Assembly (NCBI GenBank): GCA_017609985.1
Contig: JAFCCW010000001.1
Location: 116,189-180,188, forward strand
From: Candidatus Iainarchaeum sp.
Lineage (GTDB): Archaea > Iainarchaeota > Iainarchaeia > Iainarchaeales > JAFCCW01
Length of the DNA stretch: 64,000 bases
Reading direction: 5' to 3'
Part shown: in pieces, positions 9,042 to 18,799 of the stretch
Position numbering within the stretch: position 1 is the stretch's first letter
Layout: each line of letters begins with the position of its first letter
The notes under the pieces: model-generated
Told to the model about the DNA's origin: nothing
Database searches by the model: none
The model's input: only the letters and a program-made list of their open reading frames with translations
Program-made: the position numbers and the translations under genes

Positions 9042-9842
9042 CTATTTATTCAAAATTTTCCTCACTCGCTTAACTGGCAGAGTCTGATTTTCAAGCACGC
9101 TCGCAATATTCTGCTTTTTCTTTCCCAATCCCTTCCAGTCAAGCACAATTGCTTCAATTTTTTCCCTGCTAGATTTGATTGCTTTTGCAAGAATTTCCCC
9201 TGAAAAATTTTCAAGATTGTACTCTGGGCAGATATGAGAAAAAGCATAATCTGTCCTTAACACTAACTTGGTGAACTCTCTTGGATAATGCTGGCCTCCG
9301 ACTCCAATGCAAGCCTTGTAATTTCCCTCGAGTGAAGTTGCTTTCACAATAGTTTCAGCAATTGCTTCTCCTGCCAGCTCATCACTCCACTGCTTTTCAC
9401 AGCTTCCCAGTTCAATAAAGACAGCTGGCTTTTCAAGAAACGGGCCATGGTGAGTGCATTCAAGAATAACTTCATAATCAAGCTTTTTCTCAGTCTTCTG
9501 GCTTTCCAGTTCCAGCAAATAGTTTTTCAGCAGGTTTGCTGATGTTAACACAATCTCTTTCTTTTTTCCGCCGTGACTATTGTCTTCCCCCCAATTGCCT
9601 ACTCCGTGCACTGTGAGAGTTGGCTTTTCTGACTTGGAAGCATGCTTGCTTGCAAAAACAAGCACATCTCCAGCACAATCATTTACGCTGTCTGCAAAAA
9701 TTTGGTTTTCTTCAATAAAAACAAGTTCAAAATCGGGAAATTCTCTGGATTTTCCAGTTTCAAATCCAAATTTTTTCTGCAGATGATTTGCAATATTCAT
9801 TCCAGCAGAATCTTGCTCAGAGACAATTATGGAAAACTTCAT
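9042..9842 (-). CDS. dtdA: D-aminoacyl-tRNA deacylase, archaeal DtdA type
   Basis: MKFSIIVSEQDSAGMNIANHL N-terminus and length typical of the archaeal tRNA_deacylase family. Confidence 0.8.
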   Translation of the reverse strand: MKFSIIVSEQDSAGMNIANHLQKKFGFETGKSREFPDFELVFIEENQIFADSVNDCAGDVLVFASKHASKSEKPTLTVHGVGNWGEDNSHGGKKKEIVLTSANLLKNYLLELESQKTEKKLDYEVILECTHHGPFLEKPAVFIELGSCEKQWSDELAGEAIAETIVKATSLEGNYKACIGVGGQHYPREFTKLVLRTDYAFSHICPEYNLENFSGEILAKAIKSSREKIEAIVLDWKGLGKKKQNIASVLENQTLPVKRVRKILNK

Positions 9843-9880
9843 ATGAAAAGAATTTAATACTCGGAAAGCATAAATTTATT

Positions 9881-10360
9881 ATGCGAAGAGAACGCATTAA
9901 TTTTGAGAGAAAACCTGGGTTTTTTCAGAGAGCCAAAGAAGGTGCTGTCAAAGCCTGGCGATGGGCAACAGCAGAAGATCTGGTTCAAGTACATGAAAAA
10001 AGCAGGAAAGCAAATGCTGAAAGACAATTGGAACAAGCAGAAGAAACAGCAAAAACAGAAATAAAAACAAAAATAGCAGAAATTCTTTTACGGCAAGAAG
10101 TTCCTTCTTTTCCGCAAGCAAAACAACAAATTGCTGTATTTGATTCCCTGATTGAAGCAAGGGATTTTGATGAAAAAGAAGAACGTCTTGCAAAGCTTGA
10201 ACTCAGACTTAATTTCAAAAGTCTTTTTTCGAGAAACGATCTTATCAGGGAACTATCTTCTGAAGGCCAAGCATACAGAGCAAAAGTCAGGAAATTGCTT
10301 GATTTAGACCGTTATACTACTCAGGCTGCTTTTGAAGCCCTAAAAAAACTAGGCAAATAA
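9881..10360 (+). CDS. Hypothetical charged helical protein
   Basis: ORF from first ATG (track start is upstream and overlaps dtdA). Confidence 0.45.
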   Translation: MRRERINFERKPGFFQRAKEGAVKAWRWATAEDLVQVHEKSRKANAERQLEQAEETAKTEIKTKIAEILLRQEVPSFPQAKQQIAVFDSLIEARDFDEKEERLAKLELRLNFKSLFSRNDLIRELSSEGQAYRAKVRKLLDLDRYTTQAAFEALKKLGK

Positions 10361-10834
10361 TTATTTTCCATAACTCTGTTTTAGTTGCTCCAAAACAGAG
10401 GATATATTTTCAATTGAATTGTTAATAGGCATTTTAATCCAGTAAGAAAAGCTTTCAGAAATATTTCCTCGCTCTCCCTCGGGAGCATGATTTAACTCAT
10501 ACTTATTTTTCTTTCTCACAATCAATCCAAGCTCAATCATTTTGTTCAAATGATAACGGAGTAGCTTCTCACTGACTCTTTTCTGGAATTTTTCAGAAAT
10601 AAATTTCTGAATTTCTTTAGTGGACGGAGCCCGGTGTTTTTCAAGAAGAAAACTAAAAAGAGCATCAAGCACGTTGAGCACAGTATCCCGGCTCTCCTTC
10701 TCCGAAATCAAGCCAAACGAGAGGGCAAACCATCTCAGCATAGATCTTCTAGTCAACTTCACGTCCGGAGGCAAGTCCATCTGCCTGATAGTGAATGTTT
10801 TCCTCACAAGACCTGATTCTGGAAATTCAGCCAT
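10361..10834 (-). CDS. Winged-helix transcriptional regulator (archaeal)
   Basis: STKEIQKFISE...LLRYHLNKMIELGLIVRKKNKYEL is wHTH-like. ATG at 10834 (track start is GTG). Confidence 0.6.
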   Translation of the reverse strand: MAEFPESGLVRKTFTIRQMDLPPDVKLTRRSMLRWFALSFGLISEKESRDTVLNVLDALFSFLLEKHRAPSTKEIQKFISEKFQKRVSEKLLRYHLNKMIELGLIVRKKNKYELNHAPEGERGNISESFSYWIKMPINNSIENISSVLEQLKQSYGK

Positions 10835-11071
10835 AAAAATCACGGAAAAAGTTTCTTTCCTTTCTATTAAAGTCTAATCTCATATTTATTCTTTTTCTGT
10901 GCCACGGCTTTGCTCTTAAATTAGGCGAAAAAGCTGAATAAAAGAGCAGAAAGAATAATTTAGGAGCAGATTTAAAAGGAGGTAAAATTTTGGAAACAAT
11001 ATTATGACAAAGCCCTGTGCCACCACACAATTTTTAAGAACAATCACACAATTCTGTTATTGGGGGATTTA

Positions 11072-11425
11072 ATGGAATTAGTTACTAGATTTACACCTTT
11101 TAGAATGAAACTTGCAAACAGAGAGCCGGTTCAATTATTTGTTGAAGTATTGAATGATGAAAAAGCAGACAAAATGCTTTCTCTTTCGATTTCTCTTGAC
11201 AGAACTCTTTCCTTTGACAAAGGCGGTTACAAAACAGATGCTTCCGAGCGCATTGAAAAACTTGCAGCTGGTCAGTCAAAAAGATTCTATTACGATCTCT
11301 TTCCAAAGCCAGGAATACGCCTTGGAAATACTCCAATCAAAGTAACTCTTACAGAGTATTACAACAGCTATGAATATGTTCAAAACCAGGTTGTAAAAAC
11401 TGTTGCACTCAAAGTAGAGGAATAG
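11072..11425 (+). CDS. Hypothetical protein (beta-rich)
   Basis: GGGGGA RBS then ATG 11072. Confidence 0.5.
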   Translation: MELVTRFTPFRMKLANREPVQLFVEVLNDEKADKMLSLSISLDRTLSFDKGGYKTDASERIEKLAAGQSKRFYYDLFPKPGIRLGNTPIKVTLTEYYNSYEYVQNQVVKTVALKVEE

Positions 11426-11456
11426 AATTAAATATTTCTAGTTCCTATTTATTTTC

Positions 11457-11876
11457 ATGCCTGGAAAAAGAAATCCAAAACCTGTTTCTCGTGCAGACCG
11501 TCTTCGTGACCCAAAAAGACCTCTTGCAGGCTGGCCAACGCTAGAAGATGTTCAAGCACACAAGGCTCCAACAAACAACAGGCTTCTTGAAATGCAGCAA
11601 GCCAAAGCTGTTGCAGAAGCAAGGTCTGTTCAAGAAGTTGTTGCAAGCATTAACAGAATCGGAGAACGAGCGCAAACAAAGCACAAAGCATGGCTTTCCA
11701 CACTTGAAATGCTTGAGCGAACAGCAAAAAAGGCAGCACCCGAACACCTGCCACAAGCACAGGAATTGATTAGATTGATTCAAAAAAATCAACTCACTGT
11801 TGCTGAGTGGGGCAAGTTAAGGGCAGAAGCAGAACAACTCTTTCAAAACCTAAAACCGCACATAATCCGCAAATAA
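11457..11876 (+). CDS. Hypothetical basic helical protein
   Basis: ORF only. Confidence 0.45.
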   Translation: MPGKRNPKPVSRADRLRDPKRPLAGWPTLEDVQAHKAPTNNRLLEMQQAKAVAEARSVQEVVASINRIGERAQTKHKAWLSTLEMLERTAKKAAPEHLPQAQELIRLIQKNQLTVAEWGKLRAEAEQLFQNLKPHIIRK

Positions 11877-11883
11877 TCTGGAG

Positions 11884-12324
11884 TCAGTGAACTATTCTGA
11901 ATTCCTCTGAATTGATTTCGACCAACAGGAAAGCGGTTTCCTTTGCTTTTGAGAGATGACTTCTTCTAAACATCCGTTCTAAGTCATCCAGTGAAAAATT
12001 CTTTGCCTTTCCAGACGTAATTATTACTGCATATCCTGGCTCAAGCTCTGCAAGCTTCCAGAGGCTGACCATTGCCTCTTCCCTGCTTCCAAAGCAAAGC
12101 TCAAAAGCAACAGCTGGATTGCTGGAATCAAGCCAGACACATTCAATGTTTCCATAATTCAACTTTCTTCGTTCTATTGGAAAATCTCTCCTGCTTTCAA
12201 ACCCAAGCTTTCCGCCAAGCTCATCATAATAATCTAAAATAAGCTCTTTGAACGGCGCATCCTTTCTGTTCACAAAATCTTGCAGAATTTCAAATGCAAG
12301 AATTTCCCTGATAAACGGTTCCAT
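11884..12324 (-). CDS. Hypothetical protein, possible restriction-endonuclease-like fold
   Basis: IECVWLDSSNPAVAFELCFG resembles a D...E core strand pair, but no canonical ExK. Confidence 0.45.
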   Translation of the reverse strand: MEPFIREILAFEILQDFVNRKDAPFKELILDYYDELGGKLGFESRRDFPIERRKLNYGNIECVWLDSSNPAVAFELCFGSREEAMVSLWKLAELEPGYAVIITSGKAKNFSLDDLERMFRRSHLSKAKETAFLLVEINSEEFRIVH

Positions 12325-12361
12325 ACAAAACTATTAAATTGCGAAAGACTTTAATGTAATT

Positions 12362-12961
12362 ATGGCTGGAGAGTTTTCAACAGAAGAAGCAAGCAAGCTC
12401 ATTTTCCTTGCAAGAAAATCCATTGAATATCATCTTGCTTCCGGAACTCTTCTGAAAGAGGAAACTAAAAACGCAAAATTCAAGGAAAAGAGAGGAGTTT
12501 TTATCACACTTAACTCATTTCCAGACAAACAACTTCGTGGTTGTATTGGTTTTCCAGAGCCGGTTTTTCCCCTCTGGAATGCGGTAATAGAAGCAAGTGT
12601 TTCAGCAGGCTTCAAAGACCCAAGGTTTCCCCCACTAAAAGCAAACGAACTAGAAGAAATAGTAATCGAGATTTCAATTCTCTCAGTTCCTGAATTGATT
12701 GACTGCAAGCCGGAAGAGCTTTCAAAAAACATGGACATTGGAGAAGATGGTTTGATTGTCAGAAGCTCTCGCACATCAGGATTGCTTCTTCCACAGGTTG
12801 CAACAGAGTATGGTTGGAGTGAAGAGGAATTTCTTGAGCACACTTGCATGAAAGCAGGCCTTGAGCAAAACTGCTGGAAGAATTCAAAAAACAAGTTTTA
12901 CAAGTTTCAAGCGCAGGTTTTTGGAGAAAAAGAACCTGCTGGTTTAATTGAAGAAGAATAA
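12362..12961 (+). CDS. AMMECR1 domain protein
   Basis: RGVFITL...LRGCIGFPEP...DPRFPPL signature. Confidence 0.85.
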   Translation: MAGEFSTEEASKLIFLARKSIEYHLASGTLLKEETKNAKFKEKRGVFITLNSFPDKQLRGCIGFPEPVFPLWNAVIEASVSAGFKDPRFPPLKANELEEIVIEISILSVPELIDCKPEELSKNMDIGEDGLIVRSSRTSGLLLPQVATEYGWSEEEFLEHTCMKAGLEQNCWKNSKNKFYKFQAQVFGEKEPAGLIEEE

Positions 12962-13004
12962 GAAAATTAACTAAACTAATAAAAATAAACAGAAAAAAAC
13001 CGCG

Positions 13005-13268
13005 CTAGCTTCCAATAAACTCTTTCAATGAATCTTCGCAGTTCTGCTTTTCAAGAATGCACTGGTTTGTTTCCTCATTCAGAATATTTTTTTCCTGAAC
13101 ACAATCAATATATCTTTTTTCAAAAGTTTTTTGAAGAGCTGGTTCAATCACATAATGCTGGAACAGGCTTCCAATAACAATGCCAATCAAAATCGCTACA
13201 ACAAGCATTATTTTTTGAGAATTCCAGAATTTTTCTCCGCCCAAGCTGTCTTTTCCAAAGTTAAACAT
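13005..13268 (-). CDS. Small single-pass membrane protein
   Basis: ATG 4 nt after taw1 stop. One TM (IMLVVAILIGIVIGSLF). Confidence 0.45.
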   Translation of the reverse strand: MFNFGKDSLGGEKFWNSQKIMLVVAILIGIVIGSLFQHYVIEPALQKTFEKRYIDCVQEKNILNEETNQCILEKQNCEDSLKEFIGS

Positions 13269-13272
13269 AACA

Positions 13273-14214
13273 TCACTTTTCCCAGTCAATTGCTTTTTCA
13301 GTCTTTCCGTCCCAGAGCATCAATGCCCTGCTTCTCTCTTCAAATCCACCAAGTTTATACCCGAGCTCATTATTAACCTTTTCGGCAAATTCTTTGATTT
13401 CTTCACTGCTTGGCATTCCACTGTAACCCAGTCGTTCTCTTGCAAAACCAATTGGCATAAATCCCTTGAATTCAACAAAAGAAGGTTTTGATTTTTTTAA
13501 AATCTCTGCATAGCCATTTGCATCTTCAAGATTAATTCCTTTTGTGCAGGTGATTCTTGCCACGCTTCTGTCAAATTTTCCAAGAAGGGAGAATGATTCC
13601 AATATTTTTTCCCAGCCATCGCTGATAAGCGGTTTGCAGGCTTTTTTATAAATTTCCTTGTTTGGGGCTGGAAGAGTCAAGTACATCTGAGTTGGCTGTT
13701 CTTTCAAAAGCTTTTCAATCATTTCAGGATAGGTTCCGTTGCTGACAATGAAAGAAATAATGTCTCTCTCCTTTAATTCTTTCACTAGTCCTGGAAGCTT
13801 TGGATAAGCTGTTGGTTCTCCGCTCAGAGAGATTGCAAACTGCAGTGGTTTCATTGATTCCTCAAATCGCTTTATGTTGCTTCCTTCAAATCCCTTAAAT
13901 CCCATTAACAGTTCTTTCTGGGCTTCAATGCATCCATCCACAATCTCTTTTGGTTCGTCAACTGGGCCAGTCCACTTCAGTTCAGTGTGATTTATGTCAC
14001 GCCAGCACCATTCGCATCTGTGGGTGCAGACATTCATTGAAGGAGTCATCTGCACACATCTCCAACTCCTCACGTTGTAAAAAGCTTGTTTATAGCAGAC
14101 TCCTTGGTTTCTGATGCTTTTTCTAACCCATTCGCATGTCTTGACTGCGGAGTGGTTTCCCACAAATCTATAACCTTGCTTTTCAAGCTCTTTCTTTTTT
14201 TCTTCGGAAATCAT
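13273..14214 (-). CDS. taw1: 4-demethylwyosine synthase (radical SAM, Taw1/TYW1)
   Basis: CTHRCEWCW radical-SAM cluster motif and YRFVGNHSAVKTCEW N-terminal motif. ATG at 14214 (track start is TTG). Confidence 0.85.
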   Translation of the reverse strand: MISEEKKKELEKQGYRFVGNHSAVKTCEWVRKSIRNQGVCYKQAFYNVRSWRCVQMTPSMNVCTHRCEWCWRDINHTELKWTGPVDEPKEIVDGCIEAQKELLMGFKGFEGSNIKRFEESMKPLQFAISLSGEPTAYPKLPGLVKELKERDIISFIVSNGTYPEMIEKLLKEQPTQMYLTLPAPNKEIYKKACKPLISDGWEKILESFSLLGKFDRSVARITCTKGINLEDANGYAEILKKSKPSFVEFKGFMPIGFARERLGYSGMPSSEEIKEFAEKVNNELGYKLGGFEERSRALMLWDGKTEKAIDWEK

Positions 14215-14332
14215 TTTAATCAACAAAACATCTAATTATTTTATGTATAATCTCTTTTTTTAACCTATTTTAAGAAAAATTTATAAACATGTAATGCATT
14301 TATGTATTAGCTTAATTTGGTTTGAAGGTGAA

Positions 14333-14608
14333 ATGATGTATAAGTACACAATTGCAAGGCAGCTTGCCACTAAGCGCGTTATCACAAACCGCGGAGATGA
14401 GGTTGGAAAACTATCTGATCTCATAGTTAATGAAAACAACGGGGAAATAGAAAATCTTCTTGTTGAAGTGGACAGAGACAGTAAACTATTGAAAAGAGTT
14501 CACTCAAAGGACAGGATAATTCAAATCCCTTACTCTGCGGTAACAGCTGTGAGTGATGTCTTTATAGTGGATGAGCGAGAACTTGAAACTGCACAGGCTG
14601 CTGAATAA
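14333..14608 (+). CDS. PRC-barrel domain protein
   Basis: GAAGGTGA RBS. V..RGDEVGKLSDLIVNENNGEIENLLV pattern. Confidence 0.7.
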   Translation: MMYKYTIARQLATKRVITNRGDEVGKLSDLIVNENNGEIENLLVEVDRDSKLLKRVHSKDRIIQIPYSAVTAVSDVFIVDERELETAQAAE

Positions 14609-14641
14609 ACTGCAGTTCCAACTTTCTTTTTCTTAATCTAT

Positions 14642-15754
14642 TTATTCAATTTCCAGAATTAGCTTTTTGGATTTTGCATCAAAATTTTTTATCTTATCAG
14701 ATACTGATTTAATCTTATACATAATCTCTTTTTCTTTTCCCCCTTTCTTCAATACCTCTCTTGCCTCTAAAATAATTCTGTTTATCTCCTGATAATTAGT
14801 GTAAATCAACTCTGCTTTTTCTTTTTGTTCAATTTCCAATTTTTTATAATTTTCAATGCCTGCTTTTTGTTCTTCCAAAGCTCGTTTCAAAGCCTCTATC
14901 TTTTTTCCATGCTTTTTTCCTGCTTCTTTTTCTTTTTTTCCTGAAGTAGCCTGCTTAGCTATGCTGGTTTCAATTGCCTGGCTAAAAGAATCAAATTCTT
15001 TGCAGTCTTTACTGCAAGCAAAACAAGGCAAAAGAATATTTCCTTTCTCTGTTTCCACAAGACAGGATTTTCCTTTTTTATTTTCGCTGTAAAAATCCTT
15101 TATTGTTTTATTTAATTCTTTTAGTTGTTTTTCTGAAAGACTTGAAACATCAACACTTTTTTCGATTCCTGATTTTTCACAAGCGGATTCAGCAACTGCC
15201 GGAGCAATATTAATGCTTCTGACAAGCAAGCCAGCAATTCCTCCTTCTTTTTCTTTAATTACTTTTTTGAATTCTCCAAATTCCGCAACAGGACTCAATC
15301 CGCGGGATTTCGGAAACAAATAGATTTCCCCTTTTTTTAGAACACGATCCTTCCACTTTTCTCTTCTGTAAACAGCTTCAATTTTTTTGTCTTCCAACAA
15401 TAACAGGTTTCCCTTTGCAAATAATTCAAACACTAATGTATAGTCTGCAAAGCAAATTTTTATTACTCTGTCAAATCCATTCTGGCTTACCTGTGTTACT
15501 TTCTTGTTTGCAAGCCTTTTTCTTAAAAGTGCTCCAAATCCGGAGCTCTGATGTTTTGCAGGAATTGAGTATGACGCAGTAAACAAAGCAGTGGGGGAAG
15601 CAATAACATCAACAAGCCCATTCTTTGTATTAAACTTCAGCTTCAGCCAATTGTTTGGCAGTTCTTGAACCTTTTTCAAGAACGCGCCCTGCAATAGCTC
15701 GTCAAGTTCCAACACAAGATGTTGAAGAGCAAGATTAGTTATCTTCAAGTCCAT
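14642..15754 (-). CDS. NFACT-N (FbpA/Rqc2-like) protein, short form
   Basis: N-terminal NFACT-N-like sequence followed by a Lys/Glu coiled coil. Ends without a DUF814/NFACT-R part. Confidence 0.65.
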   Translation of the reverse strand: MDLKITNLALQHLVLELDELLQGAFLKKVQELPNNWLKLKFNTKNGLVDVIASPTALFTASYSIPAKHQSSGFGALLRKRLANKKVTQVSQNGFDRVIKICFADYTLVFELFAKGNLLLLEDKKIEAVYRREKWKDRVLKKGEIYLFPKSRGLSPVAEFGEFKKVIKEKEGGIAGLLVRSINIAPAVAESACEKSGIEKSVDVSSLSEKQLKELNKTIKDFYSENKKGKSCLVETEKGNILLPCFACSKDCKEFDSFSQAIETSIAKQATSGKKEKEAGKKHGKKIEALKRALEEQKAGIENYKKLEIEQKEKAELIYTNYQEINRIILEAREVLKKGGKEKEIMYKIKSVSDKIKNFDAKSKKLILEIE

Positions 15755-15851
15755 GCAAAAACTATTGTTGGAAGAATATTAAATAGTTCTTATTCTTTTC
15801 AACACCTGTTTTTGGGAAAAAAATATTAATAACTTCTAATTTTATTTTTCA

Positions 15852-16088
15852 ATGAACAAAAAAAAACTTCAGTCGCGAGAAAGAAGCCTTTTCAAAGCAG
15901 TAAGTTTTAGAATCTGGGCTACTCTTCTTACTATGGTAATAGTTTATTTCTTTACTGGCGAGCTGGCTTTAATGGCTGGAATAGGGATAGCAGATTTTGT
16001 TTCAAAAATTTTCCTTTTCTACGCACACGAGCGTTTGTGGGAAAAAATAGGTTTTGGAAAAGAAAAAAGCACTATTTCAAGTACTTGA
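15852..16088 (+). CDS. DUF2061-type small membrane protein
   Basis: FKAVSFRIWATLLT...FYAHERLWEKI pattern. Confidence 0.6.
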   Translation: MNKKKLQSRERSLFKAVSFRIWATLLTMVIVYFFTGELALMAGIGIADFVSKIFLFYAHERLWEKIGFGKEKSTISST

Positions 16089-17190
16089 GCATAATCTTTG
16101 TAAGCCCAGGATACTTTATGAGCTTTTTTCCAACAATCTTTGCGCTCTCAATTAGCTCGCCCTCTGCAATCTTCAACACATCATCCCCGGTTAAACTGTT
16201 AACAAGTGTTTCAAGATTTTCATCACTCAATGATTCAAACAGATGACGTCTCTTAAGAATGCTCTTTAATTGGTTTCCGCGCTTTTCATACCAAATCGGA
16301 TTGTATTTCTGCAAAAACTTGTGAGAATAGTCTCCTGCATTGTGAGCCCCAATAGCAATATCTGAAGCAATCCTTGCCCCCTCCATTGCAAGACCAATGC
16401 CGCCTCCGTGAATTGGATTAACATGGTGAGCAGCATCTCCTGCTACAAGCAGGTTATCGGCAGTCATATCGTCAAGGAAACCACCTACTGGCACTGCCCC
16501 AGCATTAACCTCAACAATGCTTCCCTGCTTTAATCCAGGGTGGGATTCCACAAACTTGTCAAGATAACTCTTTGCCGTGCCCTCGGTTGTTCCATCTTCT
16601 CCAAAAAACAAGTTAATTAAGTCATCTCCCTCGTAGTCAATTCCAGCCATTTCATACTGGTAACCAGAGTCAATATCGTTAAGCTTGTTAACAGTATTCA
16701 AGCCAAGCATTCTAGCAGTTTGCGTTTCCACTCCATCGCATGCTAAAACAAGAGGAGCAGAATACTCTTCTTCATCTCCCCTGACGCCTGCTTCTATTTT
16801 CACTTTTCCATTTTCTCGGACAGCAGAAGTTACTGGATGCTTTACTCTAATTTTTGCACCAGCATTCACTGCCTGCTTTGCAAGCTCTTTTTCAAAAACA
16901 CGCCTTTCAAGAACATAGCCGGCTGTTTTACCAAATCTTAGCTCTAGCTTTTTTCCGCTCGGAGCATAAAGAGCAGCGCCCTCTATTTCCCGAACAGCCC
17001 ATCTCTTATCCGGCTTGATGCCAAGCCTTTCAAACCAGCCTCCGCCAAGACCCTCAGCACACCTCTTTGGTACACCAATCTCCTGCTTTTTCTCAAGGCA
17101 AATCACATTCATCTTTGCCTCAGCAAGCTTTCTAGCAGCAGCTAAACCAGCTGGACCAGCACCAACAATTATTGCGTCAAATTCCTGCAT
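16072..17190 (-). CDS. Geranylgeranyl reductase (digeranylgeranylglycerophospholipid reductase)
   Basis: FAD fingerprint DAIIVGAGPAGLAAARKLAE; ~370 aa GGR-like. Confidence 0.9.
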   Translation of the reverse strand: MQEFDAIIVGAGPAGLAAARKLAEAKMNVICLEKKQEIGVPKRCAEGLGGGWFERLGIKPDKRWAVREIEGAALYAPSGKKLELRFGKTAGYVLERRVFEKELAKQAVNAGAKIRVKHPVTSAVRENGKVKIEAGVRGDEEEYSAPLVLACDGVETQTARMLGLNTVNKLNDIDSGYQYEMAGIDYEGDDLINLFFGEDGTTEGTAKSYLDKFVESHPGLKQGSIVEVNAGAVPVGGFLDDMTADNLLVAGDAAHHVNPIHGGGIGLAMEGARIASDIAIGAHNAGDYSHKFLQKYNPIWYEKRGNQLKSILKRRHLFESLSDENLETLVNSLTGDDVLKIAEGELIESAKIVGKKLIKYPGLTKIMLKYLK

Positions 17191-17253
17191 TTAAGTCCCC
17201 ATTTCTCTTCTAAGTCTTTCTTTTCTTTTTGGATTTTTTTTAGGTCTAGGCAT
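17191..17253 (-). CDS. Possible 20-aa basic micro-ORF (MPRPKKNPKRKERLRREMGT)
   Basis: ATG 4 nt after ferredoxin stop, preceded by GGAGTGA. Its TAA overlaps the GGR ATG (TAAATG). Confidence 0.2.
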   Translation of the reverse strand: MPRPKKNPKRKERLRREMGT

Positions 17254-17257
17254 TCAA

Positions 17258-17437
17258 TCACTCCTTCTCCAGTTTCATCGCCCCAACAGGGCAGATTTTA
17301 ACACAAGCACCGCAATTAATGCACTTGCTTTCATCAATCACAATTCTTGTTTCTTCAAGTGTTATTGCTCCAGCAGGGCATACTCCAACGCAACCACCGC
17401 AGTAACAGCATTTTTCTGAATCATTTTTTGCAGGCAT
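17258..17437 (-). CDS. 2x[4Fe-4S] ferredoxin
   Basis: CCYCGGCVGVCP and CINCGACVKICP. Start taken at MPAKND rather than the long track extension. Confidence 0.85.
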   Translation of the reverse strand: MPAKNDSEKCCYCGGCVGVCPAGAITLEETRIVIDESKCINCGACVKICPVGAMKLEKE

Positions 17438-17470
17438 AGGAAAGGTAAATATAATAATCTTTAAAACTAA

Positions 17471-18504
17471 ATGTTTTTTATGGCTGTAATAAAACTGAGA
17501 AGAAAAGGCAAAACACCGGTTCCAATCAAAGGACATTGCACTCTTTCCCAGCTTGTTTCTGCAGCAAGAGAACACAGACCAGATATTTCTAAATCAACAG
17601 TGCATTCAAGAATAACTAATGGAAGATTTAGTTTGGTTAAAGCTGAAATGAGGGACAGCGGACAAAAAGTACTGCTTATTCCTGTTCCTGAAGCAAGGAG
17701 ATTTCTAACCTTAATTGCAAACGAGAGCAAAGCAAGAATTTATTATATTCTGCTCCACAGGTTGCAAAAATGCTTGGGCTAAAGCCAATCACGCTTAGAA
17801 CAAGTTCCAACAGGTCAGAAATAGGCCATGTTATAAGAGGCGAAAAATTCTATACTGAACGCGATATTGCAGAAATCAGAAAAACATTCATGGCCAAGCA
17901 AAGAAGACAGGCTGAAAAAGAGCTTGTTGGAGTTAAAGAAATTGCGGAAAAGAGCGGAGTAACTGAAAGAAGCATAAGAAATTGGGTTCAAAACGGTTCA
18001 ATTCAAGTAAATGGGGAAAGAATTCCAGTTACAACTCCTTTCATACAGTTTGGAGGAGAATATTTTTTTCCCAAACGCTGGAAAGAATTATCCCCTGCTG
18101 AACTTAAATCAAGACTTAAAGTAAGAATTCCAAAATCAAGGCTTCAAAAAGCTGAAAAAATTTCAGAGCTTATTGCTCAAGCAAAAATTCCGCTCACACA
18201 CCCTAATCCAGAGATTTTTGCAGCAGACCCTGATCTGGTTTTAAGAGTTCTTGAAGAAGTAACCAATAATCAATCATACAAAAATGCAAAACCAGCTCTT
18301 GCCAGATTTCTTCAGACTGCAGACCCACATGAAATAGAAATTGTTTTGCGCGAGGGGGTAAAAAAACCAGCGCCAGAATTTAGTGTTTTACTCTGGGCGT
18401 TCTCAAATTCAAATCTTACTTTAGCTAACCAAAGAATACTGTTGGAAAAATTGAAAAGAAATGAAGATGTGGATATCAGAAAATATGTTCTGGATAATAT
18501 TTAG
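17471..18504 (+). pseudogene. Triple-HTH (MerR/excisionase-like) protein split by a 1-nt frameshift near 17740-17750
   Basis: ORF 17471-17782 and ORF 17770-18504 overlap. The second frame is open from 17692 and encodes the missing first half of an HTH (YSAPQVAKMLGLKPITLR) with no start codon. Confidence 0.45.
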
Positions 18505-18539
18505 TAATAAATAAGTCTTTTTCGGAAGCAGATAATTCC

Positions 18540-18758
18540 ATGTGCCTTGCAGTTCCGGGAAAAGTAATTTCTGTTTCAGAAAAAGAAGCAGTTGTAGACT
18601 ATGGGCGAGAGCAAAGAAAAGTCAAGATTGCTGCTTCTAATTTTTCAAAAGGAGATTATGTCCTAGTCCAACAGGGCTTTGTTGTAGCAAAAGTTGAAGA
18701 AAGCGAAGCACTGGAAATGATTCAGGCATGGGAAGAAACAGGTTGCGAAATTCCATAA
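18540..18758 (+). CDS. hypC: Hydrogenase maturation chaperone HypC
   Basis: MCLAVPGKV N-terminus; GDYVLVQQGF. Confidence 0.9.
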   Translation: MCLAVPGKVISVSEKEAVVDYGREQRKVKIAASNFSKGDYVLVQQGFVVAKVEESEALEMIQAWEETGCEIP

Positions 18759-18799
18759 CAAGCCAAGTCTTTTCATAACAAATTATTCAATTTAGTTAT

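Noticed and set aside
10897-11010. Possible long-range pairing (ggctttg ... caaagcc) in the 237-bp divergent intergenic region, considered as an ncRNA
   Set aside because: Only a 7-bp complement with no supporting secondary helices. The region is more simply two divergent promoters.
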